A stretch of 12,258 nt of DNA from assembly GCA_003559395.1 (NCBI GenBank), contig PWLL01000027.1:1-12258 (forward strand), read 5' to 3'. Both the position numbers and the translations under genes were made by a program. How positions within the stretch are numbered: position 1 is the stretch's first letter; the number at the start of each line of letters is the position of its first letter. The notes under the pieces were generated by a model. The model was given only the letters and a program-made list of their open reading frames with translations. It had not been told where the DNA came from and searched no databases. This DNA comes from Candidatus Iainarchaeum sp. (GTDB lineage: Archaea; Iainarchaeota; Iainarchaeia; Iainarchaeales; CSSED10-239). Shown piece by piece: positions 1 to 7,008 of the stretch.

Positions 1-12
1 AGTTTGTTTTAT

Positions 13-645
13 CTACGAATAACTATATAAGAAAACGCCTCTAAAATCTTTTACTTTTTTATCATTATCAAAAACAGTAACTAACCTATAGTCGTCATTC
101 CAATCTTCCCAAGAAATCAAAACTGGTTTATTTTTTACAAAACCATCTTCTATTGCTTCTTTTAAGTTATCATAATAAGTAACGTGTTCTAGATTAAAAC
201 TATCAACAACATGCTCATCTAAATAAGTGTTTATTTCTATCAAATTTAGTTGAGAGATATCAACGCCGCCATCTATTTTAAAAACTAGAGTATATCCTGA
301 TCGTAGAACTTCTTTTTGTATATTTTTATTTATCTCGTTTATTCTTGCCTTTCTTCCAATCATTCCATAATCTATTTCTTTTAGCCTTAGTTTTTCTAAA
401 ACTTCTCCAGACGAAGAAAACAAGATAGGTTCTATGTTTTTATCTTCTACAAAAGCAAAAACATCTTCTTTCATAGTTAAACAATAGCCTATTTTTTTTG
501 GTTCTGTTTCTTCTAGAGTAAGTGTTTCTTTTGTAGGGTTGTTTATTTCTGTTGGTTCTTCAGAAACATTCACAGATAATCTTATCACTAACACAATTGA
601 TAAAAAAACTAACAAACAAAACAGAACAACAATTATTTTTTTCAT
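13..645 (-). CDS. hypothetical secreted or membrane-anchored protein (N-terminal signal-anchor helix)
   Basis: Uninterrupted 210-aa ORF. The N-terminus MKKIIVVLFCLLVFLSIVLVIRL is a basic stretch followed by a hydrophobic helix. An acidic, Thr/Pro-containing linker and a mixed globular region follow. I recognise no catalytic or family motif. Confidence 0.55.
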   Translation of the reverse strand: MKKIIVVLFCLLVFLSIVLVIRLSVNVSEEPTEINNPTKETLTLEETEPKKIGYCLTMKEDVFAFVEDKNIEPILFSSSGEVLEKLRLKEIDYGMIGRKARINEINKNIQKEVLRSGYTLVFKIDGGVDISQLNLIEINTYLDEHVVDSFNLEHVTYYDNLKEAIEDGFVKNKPVLISWEDWNDDYRLVTVFDNDKKVKDFRGVFLYSYS

Positions 646-714
646 AGTTTTTCTTTTTTATTATCTTTAATATATATAATAGGTTACAAAAAATATATAA
701 AACACAACGAACTT

Positions 715-1752
715 TTACCATCCTGTTTCTTGCAAAAGAGAAGAAATTGATTTCCCAAGATGTATATAACAAATAACTTTTGCAAAATATTCTGAAACAT
801 CAACTTGTTTAAACCAGTCTGTATTTTTTACAAATTCTTCTGAATGATAGACTGCATTAGTTCCAATTACTTTTGTTAAATAATTATTTTTATAAAGATC
901 ATTAAGTCTATCAACACACGGTCCATTAAAAAAAGGAAGAGATGTTGCAAAATATATTTGTTTTGCTCCTTTTTCTTTAAGTATTTTTATTGCATTACAT
1001 AAGGTACCACCAGTATCAACCATATCATCAACTAACAAAACGTCTTTGTCTTTTACATCTCCAATAACAAACATTTTATTAATACAATCTAGTTTAACAT
1101 AGCTTCTTTCTTTATATATAGAAACAAGGTTTAGTTTTAGTTCAGAAGCATATTTTTCTGCTCTTTTTAACCCACCAATATCTGGTGCTGAAACAACTAG
1201 TTTTTCTAAAGAAATGTTTTTTTTAATATGTTTTATTAAATTTTTAAAACCATATAGATTTTCAAAAACACAATTATTAAAAAATCCTGCAATTGCAAGA
1301 TTATGAATATCTAAAGTAATTATGGTGTCTGCTCCTAAATACTCCATTTCTTTTGCAAAAAGCTTTGCTGTGATTCCTTCTCTTCCAACTGATTTGTCTT
1401 GTCTTGAATAAGGATATGTTGGAATAACAACATTTATTCTTTTAGCATCTGATATTCTAGCAGCATTAACAAGTGTTTTTAGTGCCATTACATTATCGTT
1501 TACTGAATATCCAAAAGAAGTATTTGTTACATCTTGAAGAATATATACATCTTTGCCTCTTATAGATTCTAAAATATTTGTTTTTATTTCTGTATTTTTA
1601 AATTGAATTTCTTCTGTTTTTGTAAGGTCTATTTCTTCTAAATTATTTTTTTTTAAATAATTATTTAAATAAGGCAAAATAAGGTTTGCAAAATGTAATC
1701 CGCCTTTACAAGACAATAAACAAATTCCGTTTCCGTTTAGCATAAAAAACAC
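715..1752 (-). CDS. prs: ribose-phosphate pyrophosphokinase (PRPP synthetase)
   Basis: Family motifs are present: VIPTYPYSRQDK (the RQD loop), TLDIHNLAIAGFF (DxH...GFF) and the PRPP-binding loop VLLVDDMVDTGGTL. Length is typical. The real start may be the second ATG at 1743 (MLNGNG...). Confidence 0.9.
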   Translation of the reverse strand: MFFMLNGNGICLLSCKGGLHFANLILPYLNNYLKKNNLEEIDLTKTEEIQFKNTEIKTNILESIRGKDVYILQDVTNTSFGYSVNDNVMALKTLVNAARISDAKRINVVIPTYPYSRQDKSVGREGITAKLFAKEMEYLGADTIITLDIHNLAIAGFFNNCVFENLYGFKNLIKHIKKNISLEKLVVSAPDIGGLKRAEKYASELKLNLVSIYKERSYVKLDCINKMFVIGDVKDKDVLLVDDMVDTGGTLCNAIKILKEKGAKQIYFATSLPFFNGPCVDRLNDLYKNNYLTKVIGTNAVYHSEEFVKNTDWFKQVDVSEYFAKVICYIHLGKSISSLLQETGW

Positions 1753-1820
1753 TTTTTAAAATATTTGATATATTTATAGTATCAATAGATATAAAAGAAT
1801 ATCTTTTAAAAACAAGATTT

Positions 1821-2534
1821 TTAACCAAACATCTTTTCTTTTATCTTTTTTGGTGTAGTGTTTTTATGTTCTGCAATCAATTTTATGTTTGCTTTTAGTT
1901 TTCTTATATCTAATTCTCCTTTAGATCTAGAAAAAACAATTACATGTCCGTTATCATCAACATATTTTCTATGCTTTCCACCACCTTTATAAACATAGCC
2001 TAGTTTTTGTGTTAGAATCTTAGAAAACTCCAAATGTGTTATTGTTGGCAATCCAATACCAATAGATTGATGAGCAATAATTGTTTCTTTTGAAAGTTTT
2101 TTAGGTTTTTTTTGTTTTTCAACTTTTGAGGGTGTGTTATTGTTATGATTATTATTTTTTCTTTTTTTATTATTATCTTGCTCTTGCTTTTCTTTTTTCT
2201 TTCTTAATAGCCATTCTTTTTCTTTTCTTTCTTTTTCTTTTTGTTTTCTTTCTTGTCTTTCTCTTATTTCTACATCTTCGTTTAATTGTTGTTTGATTCT
2301 ATTTATTTCTTTTTTTGAAAATTTTCTTTCTGCTCTTTTTATTTCAATTAGTGTTTGTAGTACTCTTGGATGTGTAGGATCTATTTTAGTTGTGTTTCTA
2401 GACTGATTATAAAAAAAAGCTTTTAATTTTTTTAAAACTTCTGGAGAAATATTTTTTTTATCTTGTTCTATTCGTTTATATAATTCTTGTTTTTTATTTT
2501 CTTTTTTAGGTCTATTTTTATTAACATGTGTCAT
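1821..2534 (-). CDS. Lys/Glu-rich basic protein with C-terminal HicA/YcfA-like domain
   Basis: The track ORF runs to 2654, but its first 40 residues look like read-through of promoter DNA, so I start at ATG 2534 (MTHVNKNRPKK...). The centre is a low-complexity K/E/R/N coiled-coil-like tract. The C-terminus HLEFSKILTQKLGYVYKGGGKHRKYVDDNGHVIVFSRSKGELDIRKLKANIKLI follows the HicA pattern (xxLxKxGF/Y..., G-x-H, short strand, basic helix). The family call is by eye only. Confidence 0.5.
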   Translation of the reverse strand: MTHVNKNRPKKENKKQELYKRIEQDKKNISPEVLKKLKAFFYNQSRNTTKIDPTHPRVLQTLIEIKRAERKFSKKEINRIKQQLNEDVEIRERQERKQKEKERKEKEWLLRKKKEKQEQDNNKKRKNNNHNNNTPSKVEKQKKPKKLSKETIIAHQSIGIGLPTITHLEFSKILTQKLGYVYKGGGKHRKYVDDNGHVIVFSRSKGELDIRKLKANIKLIAEHKNTTPKKIKEKMFG

Positions 2535-2737
2535 AAAATCATCTTTTTTATTATGAGATGCAACTATAATAAAAGAATTACCAAAACAAATATAAAGGTA
2601 TTTAAAATTCCAAAAATATCGCAATCTAAAACACTTATTTTTCAAATCAAGCATATATATTTAAATACTAACAACAATATATTTATTGTTAAAAAAACAA
2701 TCTAACTTGTCAAAAAAATTTAAAAAAACGTGATCAT

Positions 2738-4054
2738 ATGTCTATTTTCAAACCAATACCAAAAAAAGAAGAATTTTCTTTAAAAAAAAACTTAGGCTTA
2801 TTTGAAGCTACGATGGCTGGTGTTGGGTTTATTCTTGGTGCAGGAATATATGTTTTAATTGGTGCTGTTGCAAGTTTTTCTGGCTCAGCAATATGGTTAT
2901 CTTTTATTTTTGCAGGACTTGCAGCAATTGCTTCTGGTTTTAGTTATGCTGAAGTGTCTTCTATGTTTCCTGTTATAGAAAGCGAATATGTGTATGCTAA
3001 AGAAGGCCTTGGTAAGTTTGCTGGATTTTATACATATATTGCAGTTATTCTTGCGTTAACAATTGGTATTGCTGGTGTATCTTTAGGATTTGCTAGTTAT
3101 TTTAAAGAACTATTTGGGTTGCAGAACGTAAAGTTAATAGCTTTTACAGTAATCCTATTCTTTGCAATTGTTAATTGGTGGAGTATAAAAACATCTGCAA
3201 AGTTTGTATTTATTTGCACTTTAGCCTCTATTTTAGGTTTATTAACTATTGTATTTTTAGCATTTTTTACAACATCCACAAACACAAATTATTTAATAAT
3301 GCCTCAAGGATTTTCAGGAGTTGTAAAGGGTGCTTCTTTGATCTTTTTTGCATATCTTGGTTTTGAAGGAATTGTAAAAATGACTGATGAAACTAAAAAT
3401 GCACGAAAAAACATTCCTTTGGCAATTATTCTTTCAATAATAATTTCTACAATTGTTTATATTGCTGTTGCTGTTGCAGCAGTAAGTGTTTTGTCATGGG
3501 AAGTACTTGCTACATCTCAAGCACCTTTAGCAGAGGTTGCTGCAGCAGTTCTAGGAAACAAAGCTTTTGTTTTTTTAGGAATAATTGCATTATTATCTAC
3601 AGCAAACACAATCTTAATGGGGCTTTTGTCTGGATCAAGAAGTTTTTATGGAATTGGGCAGATATTTTACAAACTTAAATGGCTTTCAAAAGTAGGTAAA
3701 AGAAACACGCCTACAAGAGCAATAATCATTACTTTTTTTATTGCAGTTCCTTTTTTATTTTTTGGAAACATATCTACTGTAATTGGTTTTACAAACTTTT
3801 TAATATTTTCAAACTTTATATTAATTAATCTTTCAGCAATAAGACTAAGATACAAACATCCAGACATTATTAGAAAATTTAAAATGCCATTAAACATAAA
3901 ACGATTTCCTTTATTTTCTTTGTTTGGTATATTAATATCATTAGTATTAATTTTTAATCTAGATATGTTACATATTGTTGGTGGAAGTATTATAAGTGTT
4001 ATTATATATATTATATTTGTAATTATTAATCAAAAAACAGGACTACAATACTAA
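2738..4054 (+). CDS. APC-superfamily amino acid/polyamine permease
   Basis: 438 aa with about 12 hydrophobic segments. The N-terminal signature LGLFEATMAGVGFILGAGIYVLIG (GxG-containing TM1) and the FFAYLGFEGI segment are typical of amino acid permeases. Confidence 0.85.
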   Translation: MSIFKPIPKKEEFSLKKNLGLFEATMAGVGFILGAGIYVLIGAVASFSGSAIWLSFIFAGLAAIASGFSYAEVSSMFPVIESEYVYAKEGLGKFAGFYTYIAVILALTIGIAGVSLGFASYFKELFGLQNVKLIAFTVILFFAIVNWWSIKTSAKFVFICTLASILGLLTIVFLAFFTTSTNTNYLIMPQGFSGVVKGASLIFFAYLGFEGIVKMTDETKNARKNIPLAIILSIIISTIVYIAVAVAAVSVLSWEVLATSQAPLAEVAAAVLGNKAFVFLGIIALLSTANTILMGLLSGSRSFYGIGQIFYKLKWLSKVGKRNTPTRAIIITFFIAVPFLFFGNISTVIGFTNFLIFSNFILINLSAIRLRYKHPDIIRKFKMPLNIKRFPLFSLFGILISLVLIFNLDMLHIVGGSIISVIIYIIFVIINQKTGLQY

Positions 4055-4067
4055 AAAGTGTTAAAAT

Positions 4068-4817
4068 ATGGAATTAAAAAACAAAATTGCTTTAATTACT
4101 GGAGCTGCTAGAGGAATAGGTAAAGCAACTGCTTTAGAGTTTGCAAAAGAAGGAGCAAAGTTAATTTTATCTGATATAGATATTGATAATTGCGAATATA
4201 CTTGTGATGAAATAAAAAAACAAGGATATGATGCTATAGCTATAGAATGTGACGTAACTAAAAAGAAAGATGTTGAAAAACTTGTTAAAAAAACCTTAAA
4301 TAGATTTCAAAGAATAGATATTCTTGTAAACTGTGCAAGCGAAGAAATAATAAATCCTTTTTTTGAAATTAAAGAAAATGAGTGGGATTCTATTATTGAT
4401 GTAAACTTAAAAGGAGTTTTTTTAATAACTCAACTTGTTGCTAAGAAAATGGCTTTACAAAAAGAAGGAAAGATAATATCTGTATCTTCTATTGCTGGAA
4501 AAGTAGGATTAACTTATGCTTCTTCTTTTTGTGCAGCAAAAGCAGGAATTATAAATCTTACAAGAGAACTGGCTTTAGAACTTTCTGAATATAGAATAAA
4601 TGTAAATTCTATTGTTTCTGGTGTTTTACCAACAAAAATAACAAACAATATTTTAGAAGATAAAGAAAATAAAGAAGACTTGTTAGCTAACATACCACTA
4701 AAAAGAATAGGAAAACCAGAAGATATTGCAAAAGCAGCTGTGTTTTTAGCTTCTGAAAGAGCAAACTATATTACTGGTCATAACTTGGTCGTAGATGGTG
4801 GTTGGTTAGCGCATTAG
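4068..4817 (+). CDS. classical short-chain dehydrogenase/reductase (FabG-like), catalytic Tyr replaced by Phe
   Basis: The Rossmann motif TGAARGIGKA, catalytic Asn (DVNLKG) and Ser (SVSSIAG) are present. The YxxxK position reads FCAAK (ttt tgt gca gca aaa), and NNAG is replaced by NCAS. The gene starts 13 nt after the permease stop. Confidence 0.85.
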   Translation: MELKNKIALITGAARGIGKATALEFAKEGAKLILSDIDIDNCEYTCDEIKKQGYDAIAIECDVTKKKDVEKLVKKTLNRFQRIDILVNCASEEIINPFFEIKENEWDSIIDVNLKGVFLITQLVAKKMALQKEGKIISVSSIAGKVGLTYASSFCAAKAGIINLTRELALELSEYRINVNSIVSGVLPTKITNNILEDKENKEDLLANIPLKRIGKPEDIAKAAVFLASERANYITGHNLVVDGGWLAH

Positions 4818-4827
4818 GGTGTTTATT

Positions 4828-5577
4828 ATGAAATTAAAAAATAATGTTGCTATAGTAACTGGAGGAGCAAACGGAATTGGAAAAGCAATTGCTTTAGAGT
4901 TTGCTAAACAAGGAGCAAAAGTTGTTATTTGTGATATTGATAAAGTAGCTGGAAAAGAGGTTGTAAATCAAATAGAACGTCTTGGATATAAAGCTATTTT
5001 TGTTAAAGCAGATGTTACTAAAAAAAACGATGTTCAAAGAACTATTAAAAGAACAATAAAAGATTTTGAAAAAATAGACGTATTAATAAATAATGCAGGA
5101 ATATTTATACAAGAGAAAATATCGAAGATTAAAGAAGAAGAATGGGATAATTTAATAAATACAAATCTTAAAGGCATGTATTTGTTTATCTCTTGTATAG
5201 CAGAACACATGATTGAACATAAGAGAGGAAAAATAATTTCAATAGGTTCTATTTTTGGAGAGGTTGGTTATAATAACACTTCTGTTTATTCTGCAGCAAA
5301 CGGAGGAATTATAAGTCTAACTAAGGCAGTTGCTTTAGAACTTGCTCCATACAGAATCAATGTAAATATTGTATCTCCTGGAATCATTGCTACAAAAATG
5401 AATGAAGACGTTTTAACAAATCCAGAACTTAAAAAAAAAATCATCTCCAACATACCTTTAGAGAGAATTGGGATTCCTGAAGAAATTGCAGATGCTGTTG
5501 TTTTTTTAGCATCCAACAGATCTGATTTTATTACAGGTCACAACTTGATTGTTGATGGTGGTTGGACTATACATTAA
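4828..5577 (+). CDS. classical short-chain dehydrogenase/reductase (FabG-like), catalytic Lys replaced by Asn
   Basis: TGGANGIGKA, NNAG, NTNLKG and SIGSIFG are all present. The YxxxK position reads YSAAN (tat tct gca gca aac). I take the start at ATG 4828 (MKLKNN..., colinear with MELKNK of the upstream paralog). AGGGTG lies 6 nt upstream of that ATG. The track's GTG at 4819 is the alternative start. Confidence 0.85.
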   Translation: MKLKNNVAIVTGGANGIGKAIALEFAKQGAKVVICDIDKVAGKEVVNQIERLGYKAIFVKADVTKKNDVQRTIKRTIKDFEKIDVLINNAGIFIQEKISKIKEEEWDNLINTNLKGMYLFISCIAEHMIEHKRGKIISIGSIFGEVGYNNTSVYSAANGGIISLTKAVALELAPYRINVNIVSPGIIATKMNEDVLTNPELKKKIISNIPLERIGIPEEIADAVVFLASNRSDFITGHNLIVDGGWTIH

Positions 5578-5645
5578 TATTGATGTTTTAATTTGTCTAG
5601 TTTAGATATTTACAAAAACAAATCTTTATTTACACTAATAACAGA

Positions 5646-6311
5646 TTATTTTGCATGTATTTTATAAAAATCATGTTTATTTCCTTCAAACCAAGAAAAC
5701 ATATCTCTTCTTAACTTACACATTTGGTTTGTTTCTTTATTATAGAAAACAATTCCTTCAGCAAATATTTTTTCTCCAGTTTTTCTTCTATAATAAAGAC
5801 TCCAAAGATCTTTAAAAATATTACTTACTTTTTCAAAAATATCTTCTGAACTTAGATTTTTATTTTCAATTTCAGTTTCTATAAATTTTGTCCAAAAGTT
5901 ATATGCACATTTTTTTTTAAGATAAGAAAAAGGAACCCATAAAGCTCTTTTTTCATTATATGCGTTATTGTTAATAGAAGGACCAACAAGTTCTCCAAAA
6001 AACTGACCAGTTGTATTTGTTCTAAATAATTCTTTATATAATGAATAGTTTATACCATCAATAAATCTAAAATACTTTTTATGAGATAATATTTCTATTT
6101 TGTTTTTACGATTATAAATATCAATAATTTTATTATTTTCAACAATAACTGAAACATTTGTGCCATCTATTTTTTCTGAAGCTAACACTTTTGTTTTATC
6201 AAATATCCATTCATAAATAGGGTTTATTTTTGAAGTGACTATATATTTATCGTCTATTGTTTCTCTTATAAATGGAGATTCTAGTTTTGGAAAGTCTTTT
6301 ATATTTTTCAT
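5646..6311 (-). CDS. ATP-dependent RNA-ligase-like covalent nucleotidyltransferase (minimal, single domain)
   Basis: Motif I is EKIDGTN (Lys47 would be the adenylylation site). Motif III-like FFGELVG, motif IV-like AEGIVFY and motif V-like CKLRRDMF follow in the correct order. At 221 aa there is no room for an OB or other accessory domain. Confidence 0.65.
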   Translation of the reverse strand: MKNIKDFPKLESPFIRETIDDKYIVTSKINPIYEWIFDKTKVLASEKIDGTNVSVIVENNKIIDIYNRKNKIEILSHKKYFRFIDGINYSLYKELFRTNTTGQFFGELVGPSINNNAYNEKRALWVPFSYLKKKCAYNFWTKFIETEIENKNLSSEDIFEKVSNIFKDLWSLYYRRKTGEKIFAEGIVFYNKETNQMCKLRRDMFSWFEGNKHDFYKIHAK

Positions 6312-6418
6312 AATCGTCCGTCCTACAAATAATACAGAACCAAAATAAATATAAATAGAGGAGATTATTAAAAAATTGTGATTGGTAATTATGTTATATC
6401 AAAAATTTAAACACATAT

Positions 6419-6490
6419 TGAATATAAATTCATAACCATTTAAAAACCTTTTGCTTCTATAATATGTACATAATGAATACTAATTCATTA
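6419..6490. promoter_or_regulatory. pair of operator-like palindromes TGAAT-N4-ATTCA upstream of the DUF5320/DUF134 operon
   Basis: TGAAT-ATAA-ATTCA lies at 6419-6432. TGAAT-ACTA-ATTCA lies at 6474-6487 and extends to 8-bp arms TAATGAAT/ATTCATTA at 6471-6490. The centres are 55 bp apart. The second site ends 2 nt before the GGAG (6493-6496) of the first gene. Confidence 0.35.
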
Positions 6491-6505
6491 TAGGAGATGA
6501 TATAT

Positions 6506-6637
6506 ATGCCAGCAAAAGATAAAACAGGTCCAAGAAGTGGATCAAGAGGCCCAAGAGATGGAAGAGGGCAAGGTAAAGGAAGAGCACCAGGAAAAGGTGT
6601 TGGTAAAAAACAAGGTGGACAAAAAGGAAATTGTTAA
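6506..6637 (+). CDS. DUF5320-like Gly/Arg/Lys-rich small protein (43 aa)
   Basis: Not in the ORF track because it is under 60 aa. GGAG lies 9 nt upstream of the ATG. The product is MPAKDKTGPRSGSRGPRDGRGQGKGRAPGKGVGKKQGGQKGNC. The N-terminus MPxxDxTGP...G.GP..GRG matches my memory of the DUF5320 signature and the paralog at 6826. Confidence 0.65.
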   Translation: MPAKDKTGPRSGSRGPRDGRGQGKGRAPGKGVGKKQGGQKGNC

Positions 6638-6665
6638 ATTTTCGTATAGTTAAGGAGAAAAAAAC

Positions 6666-6842
6666 ATGTCAAAAGATTACTTACTTATACTAATAGTTAT
6701 TTTAGGTTTAATTACCTTGTTTTTTTTTCCTAAACCTCAAAGTAATTTTTTACTTTATCTTTCAACAATCTTTTATTACTTTATTGTAATAAAGGTTTTA
6801 TTTTTAAAAAAAGGAGGTAGACAATATGCCAGCAAGAGATAG
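6666..6842 (+). CDS. 58-aa predicted two-helix membrane peptide
   Basis: Not in the ORF track. AAGGAG (6652-6657) lies 8 nt upstream of the ATG. The product is MSKDYLLILIVILGLITLFFFPKPQSNFLLYLSTIFYYFIVIKVLFLKKGGRQYASKR: two hydrophobic stretches separated by PKPQSN. The 3' end overlaps the RBS and start of the next gene. Confidence 0.5.
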   Translation: MSKDYLLILIVILGLITLFFFPKPQSNFLLYLSTIFYYFIVIKVLFLKKGGRQYASKR

Positions 6843-7005
6843 AACTGGACCAGAAGGAAAAGGACCATTAACAGGAAGAGGCTTTGGAGCTTGTAACCCA
6901 AATAACCAAAATCAAAGACTTTCACAAAGAGGGGTTGGTTTTGGAAGAGGTTGTAGACAAGGAAGAGGTTATGGATTTAGAAATCAAAACACAAATGAGG
7001 AATAA
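6826..7005 (+). CDS. DUF5320 family small protein (59 aa)
   Basis: Not in the ORF track. AAGGAGG (6811-6817) lies 8 nt upstream of the ATG. The product is MPARDRTGPEGKGPLTGRGFGACNPNNQNQRLSQRGVGFGRGCRQGRGYGFRNQNTNEE. MPxxDxTGPxGxGPxTGRGxGxC is the DUF5320 N-terminal signature as I recall it. The stop lies 3 nt before the DUF134 start. Confidence 0.75.
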   Translation: MPARDRTGPEGKGPLTGRGFGACNPNNQNQRLSQRGVGFGRGCRQGRGYGFRNQNTNEE

Positions 7006-7008
7006 CAT

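Noticed and set aside
560-772. 70-aa minus-strand track ORF bridging the first two genes
   Set aside because: It overlaps the 5' end of the 13-645 gene and the 3' end of prs in other frames. It is composed of promoter or low-complexity A/T sequence, with no motif and no RBS.
2100-2300. Long polypyrimidine (plus strand) CTTTT/CTTTC-rich tract that looked like a tandem repeat
   Set aside because: It is simply the coding sequence for the Lys/Glu/Arg low-complexity segment on the minus strand. It has no fixed repeat unit and no spacer structure, so it is not a CRISPR array or satellite.
2673-2690. Palindrome AACAATA-TATT-TATTGTT about 50 bp upstream of the permease start
   Set aside because: It is a single A/T-only 7-bp inverted repeat in A/T-rich intergenic DNA, with no second copy, so chance occurrence is likely. 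It might still be an operator, but I cannot support that.
2487-2705. 72-aa plus-strand track ORF, and the N-terminal 40 codons (2535-2654) of the 1821-2654 ORF
   Set aside because: The plus-strand ORF is antisense to the K/E-rich gene start and its promoter region. The sequence is Phe/Ile/Asn-rich, typical of translated A/T intergenic DNA. The more plausible start for the minus-strand gene is ATG 2534.
3097-3897. Four 60-76-aa track ORFs inside the permease gene (3097-3285, 3175-3366, 3496-3678, 3667-3897)
   Set aside because: All are alternative-frame or antisense shadows of a long, well-supported 12-TM permease ORF.
2781-5449. A9-A10 homopolymers inside coding regions (permease 5' end near 2781-2790, SDR2 near 5440-5449) as possible phase-variation tracts
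   Set aside because: They encode Lys runs and are expected in a genome this A/T-rich. I see no frame-dependent alternative products or promoter placement to suggest slipped-strand regulation.
5286-5516. 76-aa antisense ORF inside SDR2
   Set aside because: It is a shadow ORF opposite a well-supported SDR coding frame.
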